A DNA stretch of 37,154 nucleotides from Thiobacillaceae bacterium (lineage in GTDB: Bacteria; Pseudomonadota; Gammaproteobacteria; Burkholderiales; Thiobacillaceae): assembly GCA_036834225.1 (NCBI GenBank), contig DAITOH010000002.1, positions 1-37,154 of the forward strand, written 5' to 3'. Shown here in pieces: positions 18,681 through 28,372 of the stretch. The notes beneath the pieces are model-generated. The model had not been told where the DNA came from and did not search any database. It saw only the letters and a program-made list of their open reading frames with translations. The position numbers and the translations under genes were made by a program. Every line of letters starts with the position of its first letter. Within the stretch, counting starts at the first letter, position 1.

Positions 18681-19415
18681 TCATCCGCGTTGGCGCCAGA
18701 GCACGAACACACAAGGGCGGCGATCGATATCCGGCTGGGCATGGCGCCATTCGGCCACCCGTTTGCTGGCTACCAGTTCGGTCTCCAAGGTGAGGTCACA
18801 GGCGAGGGTGATCCAGGTGTCGTCCCGGCAGGCAGCGAGGATGCTCTCGAGCATGGACCCGTTGCGATAGGGGGTTTCGATGAACGCTTGCGCTGCATCG
18901 TCCTGTTCGGCACGTTTTTCCAGATTGCGCAAGGCGTAGATCCGATCCTGTGGTTTGGCGGGCAGATAGCCATGGAAGGCGAATCGCTGTCCCACTAGGC
19001 CCGAGCCCATCAGGGCGAGGAGGATGGCGGACGGCCCAACGAGGGGTCTGACCCGCACCCCGTGGGCATGGGCCAGACGCACCAGGTCCGCCCCGGGATC
19101 GGCCACCGCAGGACAACCCGCCTCGGAGATCAGCCCGACGTCCCGACCCTCAAGCAGAGGCTTAAGCAGGGCGCCGAGTTCTTCCGGGCGGGTGTGCTCA
19201 TTGAGTTCCAGGATCTTTAGCGCCTGCAGGGGGGTCAGGGTGGGCAGTTCCTTCAGAAAGACGCGGGCGGTCTTCGGGCGCTCAACGATAAAGGTGCTAA
19301 GTCCCGCGGCGATACGCCGGGTCTTTTCCGGCAACACCCGTTCTAGCGGTGTGTCCCCGAGGGGGGTGGGGATCAGGTACAAGGTGCCCGAAGCGCGACT
19401 GCCTTCGCGACGCAC
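18681..19415 (-). CDS. SAM-dependent methyltransferase, tetrapyrrole-methylase fold, RsmI-like
   Basis: LYLIPTPLGD near the N-terminus, GLISEAGCPAVADPG and GPSAILLALMGSG match the RsmI/TP_methylase pattern. It is shorter than RsmI. The GTG start lies 4 nt after the maf stop. Confidence 0.8.
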   Translation of the reverse strand: MRREGSRASGTLYLIPTPLGDTPLERVLPEKTRRIAAGLSTFIVERPKTARVFLKELPTLTPLQALKILELNEHTRPEELGALLKPLLEGRDVGLISEAGCPAVADPGADLVRLAHAHGVRVRPLVGPSAILLALMGSGLVGQRFAFHGYLPAKPQDRIYALRNLEKRAEQDDAAQAFIETPYRNGSMLESILAACRDDTWITLACDLTLETELVASKRVAEWRHAQPDIDRRPCVFVLWRQRG

Positions 19416-19419
19416 GGCC

Positions 19420-20052
19420 TCATGCCTCGCCGTAGGTCAGCACATCCAGACCCTCTTTCGCCAGCATCTCGGTAAGCTTAATGAGGGGCAGCCCCACCAG
19501 GGCGTTGGGATCCTCGGTCTCATAGCGCGCGATCAGGGCGATACCTAAAGCCTCGCTTCTGACACTGCCACAGCAGTTGTAGGGCTTGTCCTTGCGCAGG
19601 TAGGCCTCGATCTGGGCGTCGCTGTAGTTGCGCATGACCAGCCGCACCGGAACGCTAGCGGTCTGGACCGAGCCGGTGCGGGCATTGAGCAGGGTCAGGG
19701 CGGTGTGGAATTCGAGCGTCTTGCCGCGCATGCGGCGCAGCTGTGCCACGGCCTTGTCGTGGGTGCCGGGTTTGCCGAGCTGTTCGCCGTCCAGGAGGGC
19801 GACCTGGTCTGAGCCGATGATGAGGGCATCGGGGTAACGCCGCGCCACCGCCTGCGCCTTGAGCAAGGACAGGCGCCGTGCCGTGTCATCCGGCCGCTCC
19901 CCGGGCTGCGGGGTCTCGTCGACCTCCGGTGCCGCCACCTCGAAAGGCACGCCCAGCCGTGCCAGCAGCTCACGCCGGAAGGGGGAGGTGGAGGCGAGGA
20001 TGAGTTTCATGGATTGGGGTGGAGGGGTTCTCATTCCCCATCCCCGCCTCAT
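19420..20052 (-). CDS. maf: Maf-family nucleoside triphosphate pyrophosphatase, YceF-like
   Basis: KLILASTSPFRRELLARLGVPFEVAAPEVDETP is close to enterobacterial YceF as I recall it. Start is either the ATG at 20052 (ATGA overlap with the pycB stop, GGAG upstream) or the ATG at 20010 (MKLIL, canonical length). Confidence 0.9.
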   Translation of the reverse strand: MRRGWGMRTPPPQSMKLILASTSPFRRELLARLGVPFEVAAPEVDETPQPGERPDDTARRLSLLKAQAVARRYPDALIIGSDQVALLDGEQLGKPGTHDKAVAQLRRMRGKTLEFHTALTLLNARTGSVQTASVPVRLVMRNYSDAQIEAYLRKDKPYNCCGSVRSEALGIALIARYETEDPNALVGLPLIKLTEMLAKEGLDVLTYGEA

Positions 20053-21905
20053 TCCGGCTGGATCTCCAGCAACACCTGGTCCGGGGTCACGGCATCGCCC
20101 TTGGCCACGTGGATGGCCAGCACGGTGCCGGATACGGGTGACTGGATCTCGTTCTCCATCTTCATGGCCTCGATCACCAACACCCCATCACCCGCCTTGA
20201 CCTGATCACCGACTTTCACCTTGACCTCGACGATGGTGCCCGGCATGGCGGTGGTGACGTGTCCGGCGTGGGACGGCTTGGGCCGCTGCCTTACCGTGCC
20301 GCCGCTTCCGCCCGCCGCACCCGCTTTCCGAACGGTCCCCACACCCGGAGTGACCTCGATCTCGTTGAGGACCTCGACCAGCACCTCCTCTGCAACACCG
20401 TCAACATGGACGTAGAAGGGGCGTTCGGTTTCATTGCTGCGGCCGGTACCAGTGACGCGGATGTGGTAGGTCTCGCCGTGCAGGGTGATCTTGAACTCGT
20501 TGGGGGCATACTGCGCACCGCGTTCTGCCGCCAGTCTCGCTTCGGGCGGCAGCAGGGGCTCCGGGGTGAGGGTTCCGGCAGCCCGTTCCTGCAGGAAGGT
20601 GCGACCAAGGTCCGGAAACATGGCATAGGTCAGCACATCCTCGTCGGATTTGGCCAGCCCCTCCACCTCCCCACGCAGCTTGTCCAGTTCGTCCGGTATG
20701 AGGTCGGCAGGCCGACAGGTGATGATGTCCATATCACCCACGGCCAGCTTACGGACCTCCTCGTTCACCTTGCCCGGTGCCTTGCCGTAGCGGCCGAGGA
20801 GATAACTCTTCACCTCGTTGGTGACGGATTTGTAGCGCTCTCCCGTGAGCACGTTGAGCACCGCCTGGGTGCCGACGATCTGGGAGGTGGGTGTAACCAG
20901 GGGCGGGTAGCCCAGGTCCTCGCGTACGCGCGGGATTTCGGCCAAGACCTCGTCCATGCGGGCGAGCGCACCCTGTTCCTTCAACTGGTTGGACAGGTTG
21001 GAGAGCATGCCACCTGGAACCTGGGCCGTCAGGATGCGGGTGTCCACGCCGGTGAAGTCGCTCTCGAACTGCCAGTACTTCTTGCGCACCTCGCGGAAAT
21101 AGGCAGCGATCTCCTGCAGCAGGGGCAGGGATAGCCCGGTGTCATACTCGGTGCCCTGGAGCGCTGCGACCAGGCTCTCGGTGGCGGCGTGACTCGCCCC
21201 TTCGGAGAAGGCGGAGTTGCAGCAGTCGATGATGTCCACGCCGGCCTCCACCGCCTTCAGATGGACCATGGCGGAAAGCCCGGCCGTGGCGTGGCTGTGT
21301 GTGTTGACCGGCAGCCCGGTAGCCGCCTTGATGCCCTTGACCAAATCGTAGGCGATATAGGGCGTGAGCAGACCGGCCATGTCCTTGATGGCGATGGAAT
21401 CGACGCCCATGTCGGCGAGTTCCTTGGCCATGTCGACGAAATAGGCGACGTCGTGGACTGGGCTGATCGTGTAGCAGACCGTGCCCTGAGCATGCTTGCC
21501 GCACTTCTTGACCGCTTCCAGGGCGACCCGGAGGTTGCGCGTGTCGTTCATCGCATCGAACACACGGAACACGTCGACGCCATTGTCGGCGGCCTTGCGC
21601 ACGAACTCGCGCACCACGTCGTCGGCGTAGTGGCGGTAACCGAGCAGGTTCTGGCCGCGCAGCAGCATGCTGATGCGGGTATTGGGCAGGGCCCGACGCA
21701 GTTTGCGCAGGCGCTCCCAGGGGTCTTCCTTCAGAAAGCGCACGCAGGCATCGAAGGTGGCGCCGCCCCAGGCCTCCAGTGACCAGAACCCCACCTGGTC
21801 GAGTTTGCCGCAGATCGGCAGCATGTCCTCGGTGCGCATGCGCGTGGCGATGAGTGACTGATGGCCGTCGCGTAGGACGAGATCGGTGACGTGTACTTTG
21901 GCCAT
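20049..21905 (-). CDS. pycB: carboxyltransferase plus biotin-carrier subunit of a two-subunit biotin carboxylase (pyruvate carboxylase subunit B or oxaloacetate decarboxylase-alpha family)
   Basis: LRDGHQSL, AIKDMAGLL and NTHSHATAG (metal/KCX site) are present, with a C-terminal biotinyl motif IEAMKMENEI. Confidence 0.85.
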   Translation of the reverse strand: MAKVHVTDLVLRDGHQSLIATRMRTEDMLPICGKLDQVGFWSLEAWGGATFDACVRFLKEDPWERLRKLRRALPNTRISMLLRGQNLLGYRHYADDVVREFVRKAADNGVDVFRVFDAMNDTRNLRVALEAVKKCGKHAQGTVCYTISPVHDVAYFVDMAKELADMGVDSIAIKDMAGLLTPYIAYDLVKGIKAATGLPVNTHSHATAGLSAMVHLKAVEAGVDIIDCCNSAFSEGASHAATESLVAALQGTEYDTGLSLPLLQEIAAYFREVRKKYWQFESDFTGVDTRILTAQVPGGMLSNLSNQLKEQGALARMDEVLAEIPRVREDLGYPPLVTPTSQIVGTQAVLNVLTGERYKSVTNEVKSYLLGRYGKAPGKVNEEVRKLAVGDMDIITCRPADLIPDELDKLRGEVEGLAKSDEDVLTYAMFPDLGRTFLQERAAGTLTPEPLLPPEARLAAERGAQYAPNEFKITLHGETYHIRVTGTGRSNETERPFYVHVDGVAEEVLVEVLNEIEVTPGVGTVRKAGAAGGSGGTVRQRPKPSHAGHVTTAMPGTIVEVKVKVGDQVKAGDGVLVIEAMKMENEIQSPVSGTVLAIHVAKGDAVTPDQVLLEIQPE

Positions 21906-21920
21906 GATTCTTGACGGGTA

Positions 21921-23342
21921 TCAAATGCCGAGATGGGCGGCAAGGGCAGCCGAGATCGCTGCCGCCGTGTGTTCGGGAGGGCGGCGCAGGGCGTAATCGA
22001 GTAGCTCCGGGTGCGCATCCACGAAACCGGTGTTGAAGCGGCCACTGCGAAACTCGGTGCTGTTAAGGATCTCGCGGTAATAGGGCACCGTCGTTTTCAC
22101 GCCATAGATCACCATGTCATCCAGGGCGCGCTTGCCCCTTTGTATCAGGCCGTCCCAACTCAGGTCCCAGACGATGAGTTTCGCAACCATGGAGTCGTAA
22201 TAGGGCGGGATGACATAGCCGGAGTACATGGCGGCGTCGACGCGCACGCCCGGACCGCCCGGGGCGTAATAGCGGGTGATGCGGCCGAAGCTGGGCAGGA
22301 AGCTGTTCTTCGGGTCCTCGGCATTGATGCGAAACTCCATCGCATAGCCGCGGTGCCGAATGTCTTCCTGTCTGTACTTTAGGGGCAGTCCGTCGGCGAT
22401 ACGGATCTGTTCCTGGACGATGTCGATGCCGGTGATCTGCTCAGTGACACAGTGTTCCACCTGCAACCTTGTGTTCATCTCCATGAAATAGAACTGGTTG
22501 TCCTGATCCAGGAGGAATTCCACCGTGCCGGCATTGACATATTTCACCGCCTTAGCCGCACGCACGGCGAGTTTGCCAATGTACTCCCTCTGGGCCTCGG
22601 TCAGCTGGGGGGAGGGCGCGATTTCGATCAGCTTCTGATTGCGCCGCTGGATCGAGCAGTCGCGCTCGAACAGGTGGATGCAGTTGCCATGGCTGTCACA
22701 GAGGACCTGGACCTCGATGTGTTTGGGATTGGCCACGCACTTTTCCAGGAAGACCTCGGGCTTGCCGAAGGCCTTGCTGGCCTCGGAGACGACCCGCTCG
22801 TAGTTCCTAAGCAGTTCCGACTCGGAGTCGCAGCGGCGTATGCCACGACCACCGCCGCCGTTGGTGGCCTTGAGCATGACCGGATAGCCGATCTTGCTCG
22901 CCAGGGTCCTCGCCTCCTCGACGTTCTCGAGGTTGTGGTCAGAACCCGGCACGACCGGTATGCCGGCCTTGATCATGGCCAGTCGGGCCTGGATCTTGTC
23001 GCCCATCTGGCGGATGACCTGGGGCGAGGGGCCGATGAACTTGACCCCGCGCCGGCCGCACACCTCGGCTAAAACCGGGTTCTCGGACAGGAAGCCGTAG
23101 CCTGGATGTAGCGCGTCACAGCCCGACGCGACAGCCAGGTTGACGATGTTGTGGGCGTTAAGATATCCCAGTATCGGATCGGAGCCGATGTTGTAGGCTT
23201 CATCCGCCTTCTTGACATGCAGGGCGTTGCGGTCGGCATCGGTATAGATGGCCACCGACTTGATGCCGAGCTCCTTGCAGGCACGCACGATGCGCACGGC
23301 GATTTCACCGCGGTTGGCTATGAGGATTTTCCTGATCATCAC
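21921..23342 (-). CDS. pycA: biotin carboxylase subunit (pyruvate carboxylase subunit A / AccC-like)
   Basis: [14 protein letters not shown] is followed by an ATP-grasp region ([18 protein letters not shown]) and [10 protein letters not shown]. It ends 15 nt upstream of pycB. Confidence 0.9.
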   Translation of the reverse strand: MMIRKILIANRGEIAVRIVRACKELGIKSVAIYTDADRNALHVKKADEAYNIGSDPILGYLNAHNIVNLAVASGCDALHPGYGFLSENPVLAEVCGRRGVKFIGPSPQVIRQMGDKIQARLAMIKAGIPVVPGSDHNLENVEEARTLASKIGYPVMLKATNGGGGRGIRRCDSESELLRNYERVVSEASKAFGKPEVFLEKCVANPKHIEVQVLCDSHGNCIHLFERDCSIQRRNQKLIEIAPSPQLTEAQREYIGKLAVRAAKAVKYVNAGTVEFLLDQDNQFYFMEMNTRLQVEHCVTEQITGIDIVQEQIRIADGLPLKYRQEDIRHRGYAMEFRINAEDPKNSFLPSFGRITRYYAPGGPGVRVDAAMYSGYVIPPYYDSMVAKLIVWDLSWDGLIQRGKRALDDMVIYGVKTTVPYYREILNSTEFRSGRFNTGFVDAHPELLDYALRRPPEHTAAAISAALAAHLGI

Positions 23343-23443
23343 GGTAACCTGTGGGATGGGGCTGGCTTCTATGGTGGATCATGGCTTGCCCAAAACGAGC
23401 TGCAACCTGACATGATCGTAGCCATATCCTACCATTAGGATGG

Positions 23444-23938
23444 ATGAGGAGCTTTTTTGACAGTTTTGACAGATCACCGTCGGAACAATACCATTACAAG
23501 CTTATGTCTGCACGACAGGAGATCGACAGTCTGCGCTTCGCCGAGATCGCGGGGCGGATCTCGGGTGAATACAGCCTGCAGGAATTGGGCCGATTGCATG
23601 ACCTTCTGGCAAGCCGTGACGGCACCCTGCATTGGTGGCTAGAAGGCGGGCATGATGCCGGTCGTCCGGTGTTGCGCCTAGGTGTACAAGGCGCTCTGAC
23701 GTTGGTCTGTCAGCGCTGTCTGGGGCCTTACGTGCTTCCTCTCGAGATCAAGGCCGTATTACCCATCGCCCGCAGTGAGGAGGAGCTTGCCCGTTGGGAG
23801 AGAGAGGATCCGCTGTTGGACGGGCTGGTGGCGGAGCCGCATCTGGATGTTCGCGACCTCATTGAGGACGAGGTGTTGTTGAGTCTGCCGGCGATCCCCA
23901 GGCACCCCCTGGGGGAGTGCGGGCAAGCGGAAGTTTGA
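23444..23938 (+). CDS. yceD: YceD/DUF177 family 23S rRNA accumulation protein
   Basis: The CQRCLGP motif and acidic C-terminus are present, and it lies immediately upstream of rpmF. The start is uncertain, with an alternative ATG at 23504. Confidence 0.8.
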   Translation: MRSFFDSFDRSPSEQYHYKLMSARQEIDSLRFAEIAGRISGEYSLQELGRLHDLLASRDGTLHWWLEGGHDAGRPVLRLGVQGALTLVCQRCLGPYVLPLEIKAVLPIARSEEELARWEREDPLLDGLVAEPHLDVRDLIEDEVLLSLPAIPRHPLGECGQAEV

Positions 23939-23966
23939 GACTGCGATTTGATATTGGAGAACCCAA

Positions 23967-24152
23967 ATGGCCGTCCAACAGAACAAGAAGTCCCCATCGA
24001 AGCGGGGCATGCACCGTTCTCACGACGCTCTGGCCAAGCCGCCTATCGCCGTGGAGCCCACCACCGGGGAATTGCACCTGCGCCACCACATCAGCCCCAG
24101 CGGCTACTACCGGGGCCGCAGGGTCATCACCCCCAAGGGCGAAGAGGTCTGA
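23967..24152 (+). CDS. rpmF: 50S ribosomal protein L32
   Basis: [22 protein letters not shown] is the canonical L32 N-terminus. GGAG lies upstream. Confidence 0.97.
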   Translation: MAVQQNKKSPSKRGMHRSHDALAKPPIAVEPTTGELHLRHHISPSGYYRGRRVITPKGEEV

Positions 24153-24239
24153 ACGCCTTGTCTGAACTGGGCGCTCGGCCGCTTCATTGGCGATGACGCT
24201 TGACGGACAGGCACCGCCTCCGTCTGACCTGAGGGACGC

Positions 24240-25292
24240 ATGCGTGAAGTGACCATCGCCATCGACGCCATGGGTGGCGACCATGGTCCACATGTCACCG
24301 TCAAGGCCGCCTTGAGTCTGATCGCGGCGACCGACCACACTAACGTCGTCCTCGTCGGCCTGAAGGACGTCATCGAGGCGGAGTTGAAGGCGCACAAGGC
24401 CGTGACGGGTACGCGACTGCGCATCCATCACGCCAGCGAGGTGGTGAAGATGGACGATCCGCCTACTCAGGCCCTGCGTTACAAGAAGGACTCCTCGATG
24501 CGGGTGATGGCCGATCTGGTCAAGCGCGGCGAGGCGGATGCGGGCGTGTCCGCTGGCAACACGGGGGCGCTGATGGCCGTGTCCAGATTCGTCCTGAAGA
24601 CGCTGCCGGGCATAGACCGTCCTGCCATCGCCACCACCCTGCCATCGCACACCGGGCACACCTATATGCTGGACCTGGGCGCGAATGTGGACTGTACGGC
24701 GGATCACCTGCTGCAGTTTGGCATCATGGGTGCCGCCCTCGCCTCCGCCATCGAGCACAAGGAACGACCGCGTGTGGGCCTGCTCAACGTCGGGGAAGAG
24801 GACATCAAGGGCAATGAAGTCGTCAAGCAGGCGGCCGAACTGCTCAAGGCGAGCGGTCTAAATTTCCTCGGTAACGTCGAAGGCGACGATATCTACAATG
24901 GTTCGGTGGATGTCGTGGTCTGCGACGGCTTCGTCGGTAATGTGGCGCTAAAATCATCCGAAGGTGTAGCTAGGCTCATCGCCGAGGAGCTGCGCAGAGA
25001 GTTCAAACGCAATCTCCTCACCCGAATGGCGGGTCTAATCGCCCTGCCGGTGATACGCGCCTTCAAGCGCAAGATGGATCCGCGCCGCTACAACGGTGCT
25101 AGCCTGCTCGGTCTTAACGGCGTGATCATCAAGAGTCACGGCTCTGCCGACGCGTTTGCCTTCGAACAGGCCCTCATGCGTGGTGTGGACGAGGTCAGGG
25201 GCGGTCTGCTCAGACGCATAGCCGAGCAGGTGGGCGCCTACCAGGCCCAGCATGCACTGGCTGCCCCGGTCATGGCCGAGGCGGTGGCATGA
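24240..25292 (+). CDS. plsX: phosphate acyltransferase PlsX
   Basis: [20 protein letters not shown] and GFVGNV motifs are present. The rpmF-plsX-fabH order is conserved. Confidence 0.95.
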   Translation: MREVTIAIDAMGGDHGPHVTVKAALSLIAATDHTNVVLVGLKDVIEAELKAHKAVTGTRLRIHHASEVVKMDDPPTQALRYKKDSSMRVMADLVKRGEADAGVSAGNTGALMAVSRFVLKTLPGIDRPAIATTLPSHTGHTYMLDLGANVDCTADHLLQFGIMGAALASAIEHKERPRVGLLNVGEEDIKGNEVVKQAAELLKASGLNFLGNVEGDDIYNGSVDVVVCDGFVGNVALKSSEGVARLIAEELRREFKRNLLTRMAGLIALPVIRAFKRKMDPRRYNGASLLGLNGVIIKSHGSADAFAFEQALMRGVDEVRGGLLRRIAEQVGAYQAQHALAAPVMAEAVA

Positions 25293-26338
25293 TAGGCAAC
25301 ACCGGCGCTGCGGATCAGCCACCCGAGCTCGTTCCGGATGCCGCCAAGCCGCTGCCGGGGCAGTCTGCGCGTCGAGCTGGCAGCTACTCTAGGATCGCCG
25401 GCACGGGCAGTTATCTACCTGCCCGCATCACCACCAATGCCGATCTGGAAAAGTTGGTGGACACCACGGATGCCTGGATCGTCGAGCGCACCGGCATCCG
25501 ACAGCGACACCACGCTGCGGAAGGGGAGCTGACCAGCGATCTGGCCGTGCGGGCGGCCGAACGCGCCATCGAGGCAGCCGGCATAGACAGTAGCGACATC
25601 GACCTCATCCTGGTGGCCACCACCACACCCGACCGGGTCTTTCCCAGTACGGCCTGTATCCTGCAGGCGAAACTTGGCATCGCCAACGCCTGCCCCGCCT
25701 TCGACGTGCAGGCGGTGTGCAGCGGTTTCGTCTATGCTCTGGCGACGGCTGACAACTTTATCCGCGCAGGCCAGGCCAGGAACGCGCTGGTGGTCGGTGC
25801 AGAGACCCTGTCCCGCATCACCGACTGGACGGATCGCAGCAACTGCATCCTCTGGGGAGATGGTGCCGGGGCCGTCGTGCTGCAAGCCGCCGCCGAGCCC
25901 GGCATCATCGCCACCTATCTGCATGCCGACGGCCGATACCAGGACCTGCTGTTCGTCGACGGTGGCGTATCCCTCAAGAAGGAGGGGGAGTGCTACATGC
26001 GCATGTCGGGCAACGCGGTGTTCAAGATGGCGGTCAATGCGCTCGACGCCATCATCGACGAGACCCTGGAGGCCAACGGTCTCGCCAAGGACGACATCGA
26101 CTGGCTGGTGCCGCATCAGGCCAATATCCGCATCATCCAGGCCACAGCCCGGAAGCTGGGCATAGGTATGGAGCGGGTGGTGGTCACCGTCGACAGCCAT
26201 GGCAACACCTCGGCGGCGTCCATTCCCCTGGCCCTCGATGCCGCTGTGCGGGACGGGCGTATCCGACGCGGTGAGCTGGTGCTCATGGAGGCCTTTGGTG
26301 GGGGTTTTACCTGGGGCTCGGCACTCGTGCGATTCTAA
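25289..26338 (+). CDS. fabH: beta-ketoacyl-ACP synthase III
   Basis: [23 protein letters not shown] (Cys), VPHQAN (His), GNTSAAS (Asn) and a C-terminal [13 protein letters not shown] are present. The only in-frame ATG or GTG start gives an N-terminal extension of about 31 aa and overlaps the plsX stop (ATGA). Confidence 0.92.
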   Translation: MIGNTGAADQPPELVPDAAKPLPGQSARRAGSYSRIAGTGSYLPARITTNADLEKLVDTTDAWIVERTGIRQRHHAAEGELTSDLAVRAAERAIEAAGIDSSDIDLILVATTTPDRVFPSTACILQAKLGIANACPAFDVQAVCSGFVYALATADNFIRAGQARNALVVGAETLSRITDWTDRSNCILWGDGAGAVVLQAAAEPGIIATYLHADGRYQDLLFVDGGVSLKKEGECYMRMSGNAVFKMAVNALDAIIDETLEANGLAKDDIDWLVPHQANIRIIQATARKLGIGMERVVVTVDSHGNTSAASIPLALDAAVRDGRIRRGELVLMEAFGGGFTWGSALVRF

Positions 26339-26391
26339 GCCCCGAGCACGGTATTATCTCAAGTAAAAAATGAAACATAATTGATAACTTA

Positions 26392-27327
26392 ATGACCGCG
26401 CTTGCATTTATATTTCCAGGCCAAGGCTCCCAGTCCGTGGGCATGATGGATGCCTATGGCGATCAACCCATCATCCGCGCAACTTTCGCTGAGGCGTCCG
26501 AGGTATTACGCCTCGATCTCTGGCGGTTGGTCAGTGAGGGGCCCGGCGAGGATCTCAATCTCACCGTGAACACCCAGCCTGTCATGCTCGCGGCCGGGGT
26601 GGCCTGCTACAGGTTGTGGCGCGACATGGGCGGTAAGCAGCCCGATTTCATGGCAGGTCACAGTCTGGGCGAATACACCGCCCTGACCTGCGCCGGTGCT
26701 GTGGACTTCGCGGATGCGCTCAGGCTGGTACGGCTCAGGGCCGAGGCCATGCAGTCCGCGGTGCCGGAAGGCCAGGGCGGCATGGCCGCTATCCTGGGCT
26801 TGGACGACGATGCCGTACGCGCCCTCTGTGCAGAGGCTGCCGGGGGTGAGGTGCTGGCTGCAGCCAATTTCAATTCCCCGGGTCAGGTGGTGATCGCTGG
26901 ACACGGGTCTGCCGTGGAGCGGGCCATGACCCTGGCCAAGGCGCGGGGCGCCAAGCGGGCCCTGCCCCTGCCGGTATCGGTGCCCTCCCATTGCGCCCTC
27001 ATGCGGCCCGCCGCCGATAAGCTCAGACAGGCCCTCGCCTCGACCCCCATCCGGCCACCGACCGTGAGGGTCATACACAATGCGGACGTGTCTGAGTACC
27101 GCGAGCCGGATGCCATCCGCGACGCCCTGGTGCGTCAGCTCTATCAACCGGTGCGTTGGGTCGAGACGATCCAGCGCATGCAGGTGGCCGGTGTCCGACT
27201 GTTCGCCGAGTGTGGCCCGGGCAAGGTGTTAAGCGGTCTGAACAAGCGCATACTGCCGGAAATCCCGGTGGTGGCCCTGACCGATGCGGCGAGCATGGCA
27301 CAGGCCCTGCAACAGTCTGAAAATTAA
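26392..27327 (+). CDS. fabD: malonyl-CoA:ACP transacylase
   Basis: FIFPGQGSQ and GHSLGEYTAL (active Ser) are present. Confidence 0.95.
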   Translation: MTALAFIFPGQGSQSVGMMDAYGDQPIIRATFAEASEVLRLDLWRLVSEGPGEDLNLTVNTQPVMLAAGVACYRLWRDMGGKQPDFMAGHSLGEYTALTCAGAVDFADALRLVRLRAEAMQSAVPEGQGGMAAILGLDDDAVRALCAEAAGGEVLAAANFNSPGQVVIAGHGSAVERAMTLAKARGAKRALPLPVSVPSHCALMRPAADKLRQALASTPIRPPTVRVIHNADVSEYREPDAIRDALVRQLYQPVRWVETIQRMQVAGVRLFAECGPGKVLSGLNKRILPEIPVVALTDAASMAQALQQSEN

Positions 27328-27335
27328 GGAGTGGT

Positions 27336-28073
27336 ATGGAAGCCAGGGTTGCGTTAGTTACCGGTGCTAGCCGAGGGATCGGCCGGGCCATACTGCATGA
27401 ACTCGCGCGTCGGGGTGTCAGGGTCATCGGTACGGCCACCAGTGAACAGGGTGGGCGGGACATCGCGGACGGCTTGGTAGCAGCCGGCCTCGAGGGGGAG
27501 GGGCTGATGCTGGACGTCACCGACGGAGTACAAGTCGATGCGGTGGTCGAGGGGCTGATCGAGCGCTATGGCCGCATCGATATCCTGGTCAACAACGCCG
27601 GCATCACCCGCGACAATCTGCTTGTGCGCATGAAGGACGCGGAATGGGCTGACATCGTTGAGACCAACCTCACCTCCGTCTTTCGCCTCAGCCGGGCGGT
27701 GCTCAGACCGATGATGAAGGCGCGCTATGGCCGCATCATCAGTATCGCCTCCGTGGTGGGCGTCTCCGGCAATGCTGGTCAGACCAACTACGCCGCCGCC
27801 AAGGCCGGCATAATCGGCTTCTCCAAGTCCCTGGCCCAGGAGGTCGGCAGCCGCAACATTACCGTCAACTGTGTGGCGCCCGGTTTCATCGACACCGACA
27901 TGACGCGGGCGCTGCCGGAGGCGCAGCGCCAGAAGCTGCTCGAGCGTATCCCCCTGGGCAGACTGGGTACGCCCGAGGACGTCGCCCACGCCGTGGCGTA
28001 TCTCGCCTCGGATGCCGCCGGCTATATCACTGGCGCCACCTTGCATGTGAACGGCGGCATGTACATGGACTGA
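27336..28073 (+). CDS. fabG: 3-oxoacyl-ACP reductase
   Basis: TGASRGIGRAI, NNAG and YAAAKAG (SDR triad) are present. AAGGAG lies upstream. Confidence 0.95.
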   Translation: MEARVALVTGASRGIGRAILHELARRGVRVIGTATSEQGGRDIADGLVAAGLEGEGLMLDVTDGVQVDAVVEGLIERYGRIDILVNNAGITRDNLLVRMKDAEWADIVETNLTSVFRLSRAVLRPMMKARYGRIISIASVVGVSGNAGQTNYAAAKAGIIGFSKSLAQEVGSRNITVNCVAPGFIDTDMTRALPEAQRQKLLERIPLGRLGTPEDVAHAVAYLASDAAGYITGATLHVNGGMYMD

Positions 28074-28372
28074 TTGGTCCATGGGGGGGATTTTGCTAGA
28101 ATCCACATGCTTTCAACCCGGATAATCATTAGGATGCGGGATGATGGCGAGGTGTTTTGCAAGCAGATTTGCGCACTCGCGCCAAGCCCATAGCTTGGTC
28201 TGTGGGCACAAAGCGAGGGCGTGGAAATACCGCAAAACGACTGACAGCACCCGCGCTGGCTCGAAGAGCCGCCCAATGGATCATCCGGATTCAAGGCTTC
28301 GGCTGGGTATGCTGGTCCATCCACGGGTCATTTCAGCCGAACTTCCATCCACCCTTAAGGGAGCAAGAGTAG

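Noticed and set aside
28075-28320. 8-nt direct repeat tggtccat at 28075-28082 and 28313-28320 flanking the fabG-acpP spacer, considered as a target-site duplication of a MITE-like insertion.
   Set aside because: There are no terminal inverted repeats inside the direct repeats. One shared 8-mer within a region of about 300 nt is roughly what chance predicts.
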